64,000 nt of DNA, from the NCBI GenBank assembly GCA_963719315.1, contig CAVRBU010000002.1, positions 96,001 through 160,000 on the forward strand, given 5' to 3'. Every line of letters starts with the position of its first letter. The stretch's first letter is position 1. This stretch comes from an uncultured Planctomycetota bacterium. GTDB lineage: Bacteria > Planctomycetota > Planctomycetia > Pirellulales > Lacipirellulaceae. Under the pieces are notes generated by a model. The model was not told where the DNA came from. It saw only the letters and a list, made by a program, of their open reading frames with translations, and did no database searches. Of the stretch, positions 40,406 through 50,975 are shown one piece after another. Position numbers and translations under genes: made by a program.

Positions 40406-41841
40406 GAATTGTCGATCACCGGTAATTGGCACAAGAGTTTGAAATCATGAATCGTGACAATCCGCAAAACGACGAGCATGATTGCGTACAACGCCGCGCA
40501 CGCTGCGACGAGCGATAACATGTGCATATGTTTCATGAATAAAAGTGCCAAGCACAGCACCGTTGCGGCCGCCGTTTGACGCAGCAGAATCGTCAGGACG
40601 GCCCTGCGGTCGGTCCCCATGGTTGAATAACCGATGAAGCAAACTAGCGCGGTGTAGGAAGAAAGTGCAGCCGTCCAAGCCGTGCCGACGGCGCCAAATT
40701 GTGGAATCAGAATAAATGCCACGGAAAGACAAGTGACGAGCCCCACGATTGCGACGGCAAGCGATTGCCGCTGCAATCCCCGGGCATACAGCACTCGACT
40801 GAGAAATGGATTAAGGAATTGCGGTATTAGCAGCCACGCGAGAATTCGCAATACGGGTCCTGAACCCGCATACTGTTGATCAAACAAGAACACAACGATC
40901 TGGTCGGAGAACACCGATATGCACAATACGACCGGTAGCACGATCGCGAGAATGTATTTGACCGAGTGTTCGCTGACTTGGTGAAACGTATCGCGTGCAT
41001 CCACGTAGAGTCGCGCGATATAAGGAAACATCGCTGTTGTAAAACTGTTGGAGACAACCGGACCCAAACGAATCAACTTCCAAGCTGCGTCGTACAGGCC
41101 AACAGCCGCTTCGCCACCAAATATCGACAAAACAAACACGTCTAGGCTTACATAAATCGTCGCCAGGCAAGTTTCCGCCGCAAATACTCGCCAGGCTACC
41201 GCGATGAACAACATCCTGTTGAGCCGAAAGCGCCAGCGAATGGTCGGCAGTCGACGCGACAACAACAAGGCATAGAGGACGAGCTGCGCCCAACGCGAGA
41301 AAATCAAAACGATAAACAGGCTGTATAGCCCGTATCCCATAAGCAGCGCGGCAAACCACAGCGATATTCGCAAGAGGGCTTCCAAGGCGATGCCGACGGC
41401 AACCAATTCGGCCTTCTGCAACGCGATGAAGATGGACTCCGCCACCGTGGCTAGCGCCGCCGGCAGAATCGCCGCCGATGCGATCTGGATAGCCACCCGA
41501 GTATCCGGCGCGTACCCTGCAAGCAAAGCGACCGTTGCCAACACACACGCCGCGATCCCGCTTAGCAATACGATCAACGCCACGATAGGCGCCAGGTTGC
41601 GACGTAACCAGCGCGTTTCTTTGGCAGCTTCACGGGTGACCAAAATGCAAAACCCGGTCGCACACAAACTCGTGCACAAATCAAACAGTTGTTGCGTGAG
41701 CGCGAACTTGCCGTATCCGGCTACGCCGAGATACCTGGCGGCATATATGACAAACGCGAACGCGACGACCATGCGCACCATTGTGCCCAGCAGCAACATG
41801 CCTGCGTTCTTAGACACTCGTGTTGCAGCCGCATATCGCAT
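40402..41841 (-). CDS. wzx: Wzx flippase
   Basis: ARYLG..GYG, about 12-14 TM helices, VGLYDAAWKL, LIPQFGAVG.A. Confidence 0.9.
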   Translation of the reverse strand: MRYAAATRVSKNAGMLLLGTMVRMVVAFAFVIYAARYLGVAGYGKFALTQQLFDLCTSLCATGFCILVTREAAKETRWLRRNLAPIVALIVLLSGIAACVLATVALLAGYAPDTRVAIQIASAAILPAALATVAESIFIALQKAELVAVGIALEALLRISLWFAALLMGYGLYSLFIVLIFSRWAQLVLYALLLSRRLPTIRWRFRLNRMLFIAVAWRVFAAETCLATIYVSLDVFVLSIFGGEAAVGLYDAAWKLIRLGPVVSNSFTTAMFPYIARLYVDARDTFHQVSEHSVKYILAIVLPVVLCISVFSDQIVVFLFDQQYAGSGPVLRILAWLLIPQFLNPFLSRVLYARGLQRQSLAVAIVGLVTCLSVAFILIPQFGAVGTAWTAALSSYTALVCFIGYSTMGTDRRAVLTILLRQTAAATVLCLALLFMKHMHMLSLVAACAALYAIMLVVLRIVTIHDFKLLCQLPVIDNS

Positions 41842-41892
41842 CGTAAACTTTCATTGCCGCGCTGTGGCATCGAAGGCGGCCAGGCGCACAAT

Positions 41893-43294
41893 TCATTCAA
41901 TAGTTGCAAATGCAGGAAAATAAGCAGAACAAGACGGATTTTCAAGAGTACTCATTCCCGTTTCGTGTTCGATCTCTCCATGTAGCGCCACGGTCGAGAC
42001 ACAGATCATGATCAATAGCGGCGCGAAACCGACTATGACGAAATTAGAGTCGACCAACCCATTAACCATTGCCAGGACAATCATTGCGGCAATGAATCGG
42101 TATCCTATATCGCAAGTTTTCGTGTATCGGATCGCGGCAGTAAGGCCGGTCCACACCACGATCAGGAGTCCCAACATCAAGCCGATGACGCCAATGTTCA
42201 GTAAGGTTTCGAGGTAAGCAGAGTGTGCATGATTGAATTCCCAGTGTCGGATGAATGAGTATTCCCATACCTTCTGCGCCGTCCAGAAGCTGCCATAACC
42301 GTATCCAAGCAAAGGACGATGCGCGATATCACTTGCAACCGCCTGCCAAATCGGAATGCGTCCCGTCAAGGAACCGAGATCATCGTCGCCGCGGCCCATT
42401 TGGATCGCTTCCATGACGAGCCCGCCACCAGGCGAATCGGAAGTGAGGTATAGGAGTGCCCCGAGTACAACGGCCATTGCTGGAATGAATACGATAGCAA
42501 GTTTTCTGGGCCAAGAAGCTCCGACGAATAACAGCGCGAGCAGGCCCGCCGCAAACGCAACGGTCGTAGTACGCGATCGCGTGAGCATCAAAAAGAACAG
42601 CCCCACAACAAAAAGCAGCAGCCAACGCCAGCGATAGCGACCCGTTTCGCGCTGGTCGCAGAATAAGGCGAGCGACGCAAGGCAAAGTATTGCACAATTC
42701 ACAGCTTGTGAGTTGGGATGAAGCGTTCCGCTAAAGCGGTACGCATCGCCATACAGAAAGCTGCCGTTAGCACAAGCGGCTGCGAATCCGATCAAGAGTA
42801 CGGCGCTGGAAAAGAGCACCGCAAAACGGCACACGTCGCTCGGACGCAAGTGTTTCGCCACGCCAAGCGCTGCAATCATCAGAAGAATCGGCTGTGCGGC
42901 GCAGTTTGAGCGACAGAACCGTGTCGTCGGCCCACGACGCGCTAAAGAACAACAAAGCACATTGCGCCAGAATTGCGCCCATCAATAGCCAATTTGGATA
43001 GCATTCGGCGGTGCTCGGGACCACCATCAACAGAACTCCCATTGCCCCAATGGCAACCACGCTCAATTGACGCACGGCACTGCTGCCCTCTGCTACTAAA
43101 GCCACTAATTTGCCGTCGCCCTGCTGGGCATATTCGATGGATGCATTCTTTAAGTTGTGTTCGATCGAAAACAAAGCCAACCATGTGAAGATAAGCGGTA
43201 ACCAGACGCACCAACCTGTACGCGGGCGCATCGGCAGCGCAGCAGGAAACGCCGCGCCATTCGCAAAAGCATTGGATGGAATATCGAGCGACAT
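41893..43294 (-). CDS. O-antigen ligase / Wzy polymerase family protein (frameshift near 42900)
   Basis: G...HPN, LTRSRT, LTGR..IW, LGYGYGSFW, HAHSAYLE. Confidence 0.85.
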
Positions 43295-43305
43295 CGTTCG
43301 TTCAG

Positions 43306-44424
43306 CTAACTCGCAATCGCAATTGGTATGCGGGATTCAATTGCGCGTCCCACTTGTTCAATCTGTCGAGAATTCAATCCCGGAAACATCGGCAGCGACA
43401 GGATGCGACCCGCCAGACGCGTGCTCACCGGCGCCCCTTCGGGCAGCGTGCGGCTTGCCCTGAAGGGCGCAAGGAGATGAATCGGCGTCGGATAGTGGAT
43501 CCCGCACTGCACGCCGCTGGCTTGCAAATGTGCTGCCAACGCATCGCGCTGCGAATGCTGTACGACGTACAGGTGATAGACATGGGTCACGTCGGCCCGC
43601 TCCGTCGGCAGCACTAGTTCGAATCGCTCGGAAAGCACCTCGCGATACCGGGCGGCTGCCGCCCGCCGCTGTTCGTTCCCGTCCGCAAGATAGCAAAGCT
43701 TGACCGACAGGATCGACGCCTGCAGCGTATCGAGACGACTGTTATAGCCCAACATCTCGTATTTGTTTTTCGACCGCTGGCCGTAGTTACGTAACATTTG
43801 CACGCGGTCGGCGAGTGTGTCGCAATTCGTGACCACCATGCCGCCGTCGCCGAATGCTCCAAGATTCTTGCTCGGGTAGAAGCTGTAACACGCCGCGGTG
43901 CCGAACGAACCCAACGGCTGACCACCAATGAGCGCGCCGTGCGCCTGACAAGCGTCCTGAACGACGGGCAGGTCATATCTATTGGCGATATCCATGATCG
44001 ACGGCATGTCGGCCGGTTGCCCGTACAAATGCACCGGTACGATCGCTTTAGTCCGGGGCGTGATTGCCTGTTCGATCAGGTCAACGTCGATCAAGTAATC
44101 TGCGGGATTAACGTCGACGAGCACTGGCGTCGCGCCCGTGTATGCGATCGCAAGCGCCGTGGCGATAAACGTGTTGGCGGCGGTAATCACCTCGTCGCCG
44201 GGGCCGACGCCAAGCGCCCGCAGTGTGAGGTGCAACGCTTCGGTCCCGTTCCCGAGACCCACGCCGTGGCGAGCGCCGCAAAAGCCGGCAAACGAATGTT
44301 CGAATGCGGCGACCTGATCGCCCAGGATGTATTGACCCTCGTCGATGGCCCGCTCCACGGCCGCGGAAATTTCGCGCCGAACTTCATCCGATTGGCTTCG
44401 CAAATCAACAAAAGGAATCGTCAT
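43306..44424 (-). CDS. DegT/DnrJ/EryC1/StrS sugar aminotransferase
   Basis: GNGTEAL, PVHLYGQ, QDACQAHGA, SFYPSKNLGAFGDGG, NSRLD. Confidence 0.95.
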   Translation of the reverse strand: MTIPFVDLRSQSDEVRREISAAVERAIDEGQYILGDQVAAFEHSFAGFCGARHGVGLGNGTEALHLTLRALGVGPGDEVITAANTFIATALAIAYTGATPVLVDVNPADYLIDVDLIEQAITPRTKAIVPVHLYGQPADMPSIMDIANRYDLPVVQDACQAHGALIGGQPLGSFGTAACYSFYPSKNLGAFGDGGMVVTNCDTLADRVQMLRNYGQRSKNKYEMLGYNSRLDTLQASILSVKLCYLADGNEQRRAAAARYREVLSERFELVLPTERADVTHVYHLYVVQHSQRDALAAHLQASGVQCGIHYPTPIHLLAPFRASRTLPEGAPVSTRLAGRILSLPMFPGLNSRQIEQVGRAIESRIPIAIAS

Positions 44425-45025
44425 ATCGAAAGTGCTTCCAGTTCCGAATGTTGACATCGCATCTGGGGCGTTTCACCACAGGCGTCGCAAGTCGCCGAAC
44501 AAAAACTTCCCATTAACTTCTGGCCACAACGGCACACGTGGCCGACGGTGCGTGCCGGCGCACGACCACTAGCGCGAATGGCGGCACGTCGGCCGTGACC
44601 ACCGAACCGGCGGCGATCATGCTATACCGGCCTAAACGAATTCCGGGCAGAATCGTAGCATTTCCGCCGATCGATACGCCCCGTTCCACGATCGTGGGCG
44701 ACAGCCAATGCTCTGGAGATTCGTACCGCGCCGCCGCCTGGGGCATACGCGGCGAGCGCGGATGCCGGTCGTTCGTGAATGTCGCGTTAGGTCCGACGAA
44801 CACATCGTCTTCCAGCGTGACTCCCATCCACACGCACACATTGTTTTTCAACGTGACGTTATTCCCGATCGTCGCCCCGGACTCCACGAACGCATGGTCG
44901 CCCAGATTGCAATTGCCGCCGACGCGGGCCCCACGCATCACGTGCGCGAACGCCCAAATGCGCGTGCCGGCGCCAATGTCGTCGGTCTCGACGATTGCGG
45001 CTGAGTGATAATAGCTTTCGAGCAT
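44421..45025 (-). CDS. Hexapeptide-repeat sugar N-acetyltransferase (WbpD/FdtC-like; frameshift near 44562)
   Basis: IGAGTRIWAF.H, FVGPNATFTND..PRS; shifted C-terminus GAPARTVGHVCRCG...CDACG ends in an ATGA overlap with the next gene. Confidence 0.88.
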
Positions 45026-45026
45026 G

Positions 45027-46117
45027 TCAGTTTCCCGGCACCGTGACGAGCGACTCCCGCTCCGCTTCGTTCGTATTGAACTGGCTGCCGCGGCGGCGCG
45101 GAACGGCACCCAGAATCGGCATCTGGCCCCCACTATCGCGCAAAGATCTGTCGGCCGCCTCGATCACTTCGACGACGCGCAGCCCGTTCCATCCATCGGT
45201 CTTGGGCGTCGAACCCGACACAATCGCATGGATAAAACAGCGTATCTCCGCCTTGAGTGGCTCGCTTTCTTCGATCCGCGGACTGTAAATATCGCCATAC
45301 CGGTAACTGTAAAGAAATTCGCCAAACGAACTGGCATCGGCGGCGGCGTGCACGCCGGTATCGTAAATTCGTATTTTTTCCAACGGCTCGATATCGTCAT
45401 ACACCGCCATTTTCTTGCTACCGACGACCGTCATCACCCGCCGTTTGCGGGGATCCAACCAACTGACGTGCACGATTCCGATGCGGTTATCGGGAAATTG
45501 CATAGTCAGATTGCAGACGTCGTGAATCCGCCGATCCAGATACGCCAGACCAGAACAACTGACGCTGGTGGGCGAGCGCCCATAAGTTCCAAGATGATCG
45601 ACGTATCGTGAGGCGCGAGGTCCCACAGCGCGTTGACATCGCGCCTCACCGGGCCCAAGTTGAGCCTCGTGGAGCTGATGTAGTAGATGTCGCCCAGTTC
45701 GCCGTTGGAGACGATGTCTTTCAATTTGGCGACGGCGGCAGAATACAGAAACACGTGGCCCACGAACAGCACGCGCCCGTTCGATTCGGCACAGTCAATC
45801 AGGTCGGCGCATTCATCGCCGCGAGTGGCCAACGGCTTTTCGACGAACGTGTGCAGACCGGCCTCGAGTGCTCGCTTCGCCAATCGATAGTGTGTCTTCG
45901 TGGGGGTCGCGATGACAACGGCATCCACTCGATCGCGCCGCAAGACATCGGCGTCTTCGGTCGTGCCAATCGCCGTCGGGAATCGAGTGCAAATCTGATT
46001 CAGCTTCTGTGTATCGCGTTCGCAAATGTATGCGACTTCGCATTCCGCCGATTCCTGAAAGCACCGAAGCAGGTTGGGCCCCCAATACCCAGTTCCGATT
46101 ATGCCGACTCGAATCAT
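45027..46117 (-). CDS. Gfo/Idh/MocA NAD-dependent oxidoreductase (sugar 3-dehydrogenase-like; frameshift near 45575)
   Basis: GTGYWGPN, FVEKP, RLNLG, WDLAPHD, then SWLDP.K.R in the next frame. Confidence 0.9.
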
Positions 46118-46160
46118 GTTGCATCCTCAAATTGACAAAGCACTACCGCCGCGAACACAC

Positions 46161-46943
46161 TCATTCCGACGCGATTGCGGGAATCGTCATCAGCAGGATC
46201 GCCACGTCTAGCCAGAAGCTTCGCCGGCGAACATACGCCACGTCGAGCTGCATCATCCTCGTGAATGTCGTGCTATTCTTCCCGCTTACTTGCCACAAAC
46301 CCGTTATGCCCGGCAAGACATCGAATCGCCGCCGATGACGGCTGGCATAATTGTTGAATGGCACCACATCCGGGCGCGGTCCCACCAAACTCATTTCGCC
46401 CTTTAATACATTGAGTAGTTGCGGCAACTCGTCGATGCCGAGTTTTCGCAGCAGCCGACCACCCGGGATGATCTGCAATTGATCGTCGCGCTTTTGAAGC
46501 GTGCCATCGTTGGCCATTAGATCGGCAACGTGAGAGAGATGTTGTCGACACTCCGGGCTGACTTCCATCGTGCGGAACTTCCACATTTTGAACGGCCGGC
46601 CGCCCAAACCGTAACGCCGTTGACGAAACAATACCGGTCCGCGGGACACGCATTTGATGAATAACGCCACGGCCAATAAGGCCGGCAACAACAAGACCAG
46701 CAGCACGCCGCCCAACGTAACATCCATCGTTCGTTTCCAGGCCGGACAAGGACACACTACCCTCCGCCTCCGACCGGCAAGCTTCTGCCGTAAACCGAGT
46801 TCGTAGGCAGTGGATTCGTCGGCGACATTCTCTTCCAGCGAGCGGTTTGCGGCCTCTTCCGCCTGTGTATCTATGGGCACGCTCGGCGAACTGGATTGCC
46901 AACTTTGCGCTACGCCGGTGCTATCCATTGAGATTTGTGACAT
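46161..46943 (-). CDS. Priming sugar-phosphate transferase (Bac_transf)
   Basis: KR.MD, KFRTM, DELPQL.NVLKGEMSLVGPRP, PGITGLWQVSG. Confidence 0.95.
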   Translation of the reverse strand: MSQISMDSTGVAQSWQSSSPSVPIDTQAEEAANRSLEENVADESTAYELGLRQKLAGRRRRVVCPCPAWKRTMDVTLGGVLLVLLLPALLAVALFIKCVSRGPVLFRQRRYGLGGRPFKMWKFRTMEVSPECRQHLSHVADLMANDGTLQKRDDQLQIIPGGRLLRKLGIDELPQLLNVLKGEMSLVGPRPDVVPFNNYASRHRRRFDVLPGITGLWQVSGKNSTTFTRMMQLDVAYVRRRSFWLDVAILLMTIPAIASE

Positions 46944-47017
46944 CGCAAAATCCTACCACGCGTGTTGCATTGCCCCTGCAACACCCCCCAAGGCCCATTT
47001 GCAACAACCCGCCTGCG

Positions 47018-49284
47018 CTACAATCGATCGTAAAGCCAGCCCGGCACATGATCGCGCCGGTTTGCAAATACGACCCCGGCGATTCGGACTCCGGTACGAT
47101 CGAGCATCGCCTTTGCCCGTCGCGCCGCGTTGATTCGGGTCCGTTCCGCCTCGACCACCAGCACCACTGCATCCAACCAACCGGCAGATGGCGGTGAATC
47201 GAACTCGGACGCCGGCGGCATATCGATAACCACCAGGCCGTATTCTGACTTCAAATCGTCGAGCTGCGAGCGATCTGCACTGGCGTGACCGTCGTCGGTC
47301 GATTCGCCGTTCTCGGAGCCCGGCGTCATCACGGCGAGATTGCCGCGATCGGCCGCGTGAACGCAACTGTGAATATTCGCGGCGCCGGCTACTACCTCGC
47401 GCCAGCCCGCCGATCCATTCAGTCCGAATCGCCGCGTCACGCGGCGGTGTCGCTCGTCGCCGTCGATCAGAAGCACCGGCGCCGTGCCGCAGTTGGCCGC
47501 TTGAATCGCCAATTCGGCTGCCACCCGGCTGCGGGCTTTCGACGGTTCACAACCGACCACACCCACTGCCTGAGCGTGCAACTGGCCGTTGATGCCGGCA
47601 GCGTGCATCAATTCGCGAACCAATGCTCGATAACGACCAGCGACCGCTTCGTTGATCTCGCTCGACGCGCCGTCTACCTCCGAGTTGGCAGCGGCGGACT
47701 TCGCTTGTCCGCGTCGACGTTTGCGGTACGGGATCGTCAGCAGCACGGGAAGACCGAGCTCCTGCTCGACTTGCTCCGTCGTCCGCAGCGTTTGGTCGAA
47801 GATTTCCCTTGCGAACGCCAGGACGAACGCGCCGCCGGTGGCAACAACCAGGCCGAACCCAAGCAGCAGCGCTTTTTCGGCGCGGTGGGTTTGCCGACAA
47901 AGGTCGCCGCCTGTGCGACTTTGATGTTCGAAATCTGCTCGCGGCCCAGCGCGTCGTTCACGCGCGCTTGTTCCAGTTTCTCGACATGCATGCGGTATTT
48001 TCCGTCCAGAAGTTGCACGTTTCGCTCCAACTCGTCGAGTTGCAACTCGTGGTCGTTGAGCGCCCGCAGGTCCTTAATCAATTCGTTCTGCTGCTGTTGC
48101 ACCGCTACTTGCCGCGCTTGCAGAGCTGCCTTCCTCGACTGAGCTTGAAGCAGGTCCAGCTCCAGCTTGCGCTGATTCGGGTTGAGCGCCGCCGTTGTTT
48201 GGGTGCGTTCATCGGGCACATCCTTTAGAATCGTCTCGGCCTCCTTGCGCTGGCGTTGGATTTGCTCGAGCAGTGGATGATTTTCGCTGTAGCGCGAACG
48301 TAACTTGCTCTCCTCAATTTCCAACTCGTATAACTTTTCGCGCATGAGGTCCTTCGCCTCGTTGGCAAAGCCGTTGACTCGATTCGTGACGAGTTCCGGC
48401 TGGAGCGAACCGATTGCTCGGGTCAGATCCGCAATTTCCGCATCGGCATAGGCGAGCTCGCGCCCCGTGGCCAGCATCTGCAGCTCGACATCCTCCATTT
48501 GCTTGGCAAACACGGCCCGGCGGGCTTCGATCGATGAAACTTGAAACTCGTTCTTGCGATCCCGCAACTCTGCTTCCGACGCCTCCAATTCATTTTGAAG
48601 CTTGTCCGCTTGTTCGGAGAAAAACTTCAACGAACCCTCGGTGTGATTCACGCGCACGTGCTCCTCAAGGAACACGTTTGTCAGAGCCTCCACGACATCG
48701 TGGGCCAACTGCGGTGATGCGGCCGAATAGCTCACGGTAATCACGGTTGATTCTTTCGGAGCATACGCCTTCACGCCGCTATCGAGCTTGCGAATCGCCA
48801 TCTCTTCCGGCGTACCTGGGTCGGAGAGCCGCAACGCAGTCAATGAAGTTTTAAGACGGTCGCTTACCCACGATTTTGCTTCCGCAAGCTTGTCCACCCA
48901 TTCGGGTGAGCTTTGTACTGCCGTATCTCCCGATTTGCTGGCCGGCAGATCCTGAAGTATTCGCTCGGCGCCGACCCGCTCAACGACGCGCTGATATACT
49001 TCGCGAGACACCAAAACCTGCAGCGCCGAATTGACTTCATCCACCTGCGTCTTTTGCAGCATGATGGTCTGACCGGTCGTGGCGGTTGGATCCAATGCCA
49101 CGCTTTCGCGGCCTACGCGAATAAACATCTTCGATTCCGATGTGTAGGCGCGTGGATAAATGGCAATCGCTAACAGCGTGAGCGCCGTCGCCGCACAGAA
49201 AAACAATGCCATCAAAAGGCGATGACGAAACAGCACGCGCGCAACTTTGCGCGGCGTGAATTGATTTTGATGATTTGCGAGCAT
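47018..49284 (-). CDS. Wzc/GumC-like polysaccharide co-polymerase with degenerate kinase domain (frameshift near 47875)
   Basis: N-terminal TM, coiled coil, YSENHP, P..PKK-TM...LGLPVL..IP, then LLIDGD, VVIDMPP, VVLVV.A. Confidence 0.85.
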
Positions 49285-49652
49285 GGGAGTGCGAAGAAGT
49301 GAGACGGCCGATCCGCTCTCGCGACTCCATCCGACCAGAGCAAAGAACGCGGTAAAGCCCACCGCAAGCAATCGAGTGGGCAGCCCGACAAAACCCGCCA
49401 AGTCCGCTTAGGGAGCCATAATCCTGACATACCCCAAGCATCTCAACCGCTTTACTTTACTCAGACATCTCTTAATCGCCAAGTTATCCATAATATTTAC
49501 ATGAATCAACGTAAAATCCTATACGTAGAAGTTCAGGTTGGACCCGATTTGCTTTTTAGTGTCCAGGATATTATTTGGTTCACCTTAAACCATTACTCGA
49601 CAGTGAGTTATGGTACTTTCTGCTACGCGCCAAAACATTAGCAGTCAGGTTA

Positions 49653-50831
49653 TACCCTGCGTGGGGATAAATGATCTGTTCCCGAGTAGCTGATTTGTTG
49701 TACAAGGCCCTTATGTCGCCATCGAGGAGGATGGCGTGTTGCTGGCAAGGAGGGCTGTCATGGCTTGGTTTCGAGTCCGATTGACGGAAGAGGAACAGCG
49801 AATTGTCGCGGCCGAGCGGGAGTCTCATCCGGAGTCGCATGTCCGCCGCAAGATGCTGGTGTTGTGGTCGCTGCAGTGTGGTTTGAAGCGATCCCAGGCG
49901 GCGAAATTGGCGGGGGTCGGAGTGGCGACCGTCGGGCGGTACGTTGCGGCCTATCGTGATGGCGGGTTGGAGGGTCTGCGGCGGTGGAATGTGCAAGGGC
50001 CCGTGAGCGACTTGGCCGCCTATCGCGACGTGATCCGCGCGTCGTTCGAGAACCAGCCGGTCCGCACGACCGCGGAAGCCTGCGAACGCATTTACCAACT
50101 GACCGGCCTGCGGCGGGGACTGTCGCAAACTCGCAAGTTCCTGAAAGACATGGGACTCAAGTGGCAGCGGGTCCGGGCGCTCCCCGTGCCGCCCAAAAAA
50201 ACTTGGCCCAGCATGTCGCCGCGCAGGCCCTGTTTCACGACGTTCGAACTGAAGCCCCGCCTCGACGCCGCCGCCCGAGGGCGGGGACACGTCTTCTTCG
50301 TCGATGCGGCCCACTTTGTGTACGGGACGTTCCTGTGCTGCTTGTGGTCGTTCACGCGAATCTTCGTGCGGGCCGCCTCGGGCCGCCAGCGGTTCAATGT
50401 CCTGGGAGCCTGGAACGCCGTGACCCGCGAACTGGTAAGCGTGACCAACACCACGGTCGTCAACACGGAAACGATGTGCGAGCTGTTGCGGAAGATCGCT
50501 GCCCTCGGTCTGGCCGGACCGATCACGTTGGTGCTGGACAACGCTCGCTACCAACGTAACGCCGCGGTGCAAGCGTTGGCGACGCAACTGGAAATCACGC
50601 TGCTGTTCCTGCCCTCCTACTCGCCGAACCTGAACCTCATCGAACGGCTTTGGAAGTTCATCAAGCGGCGGGCCATCTATGGGCGTTACCATCCCGGATT
50701 TCAAGAGTTTCAAGCCGCCATCCAAGAAACAATCGCCGACCTCGCAACCCGCCACGCCGAACCCCTCAAATCCCTCATGACGCTCAACTTTCAGCGATTC
50801 GAAGATGTCTCATTGCTGGCCGCGTAGGGTA
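49653..50831 (+). mobile_element. IS630-family insertion sequence
   Basis: Ends TACCCTGCGTGG and CCGCGTAGGGTA flanked by a TA duplication (49651-52, 50832-33). Confidence 0.9.
49760..50827 (+). CDS. IS630 transposase
   Basis: AAGGAGG RBS; HTH region; FVDAAHF, LDNARY, LPSYSPNLNLIERLW DDE motifs. Confidence 0.92.
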   Translation: MAWFRVRLTEEEQRIVAAERESHPESHVRRKMLVLWSLQCGLKRSQAAKLAGVGVATVGRYVAAYRDGGLEGLRRWNVQGPVSDLAAYRDVIRASFENQPVRTTAEACERIYQLTGLRRGLSQTRKFLKDMGLKWQRVRALPVPPKKTWPSMSPRRPCFTTFELKPRLDAAARGRGHVFFVDAAHFVYGTFLCCLWSFTRIFVRAASGRQRFNVLGAWNAVTRELVSVTNTTVVNTETMCELLRKIAALGLAGPITLVLDNARYQRNAAVQALATQLEITLLFLPSYSPNLNLIERLWKFIKRRAIYGRYHPGFQEFQAAIQETIADLATRHAEPLKSLMTLNFQRFEDVSLLAA

Positions 50832-50975
50832 TAGTTAATCACCCTGAGCTAAATCGTGCCAAAATTGGAGTGAAAGGAAAGCGGCCCAGATCGACCCTCG
50901 CGATCCGACCCACGCTAAAGAATTCGGCGCTTCCGCGAGTAACTTCTGATCCGAGCCCGCGTCACTACCAAGCGG

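Noticed and set aside
49580..50755. 391-aa antisense ORF over IS630, and similar long antisense ORFs such as 15103-16149
   Set aside because: Shadow ORFs expected in GC-rich coding DNA; no recognisable motifs.
50847..50861. Sigma-54 promoter on the minus strand facing the polysaccharide operon
   Set aside because: TGGCAC is present but the spacing is GG-N9-GC, not the required N10.
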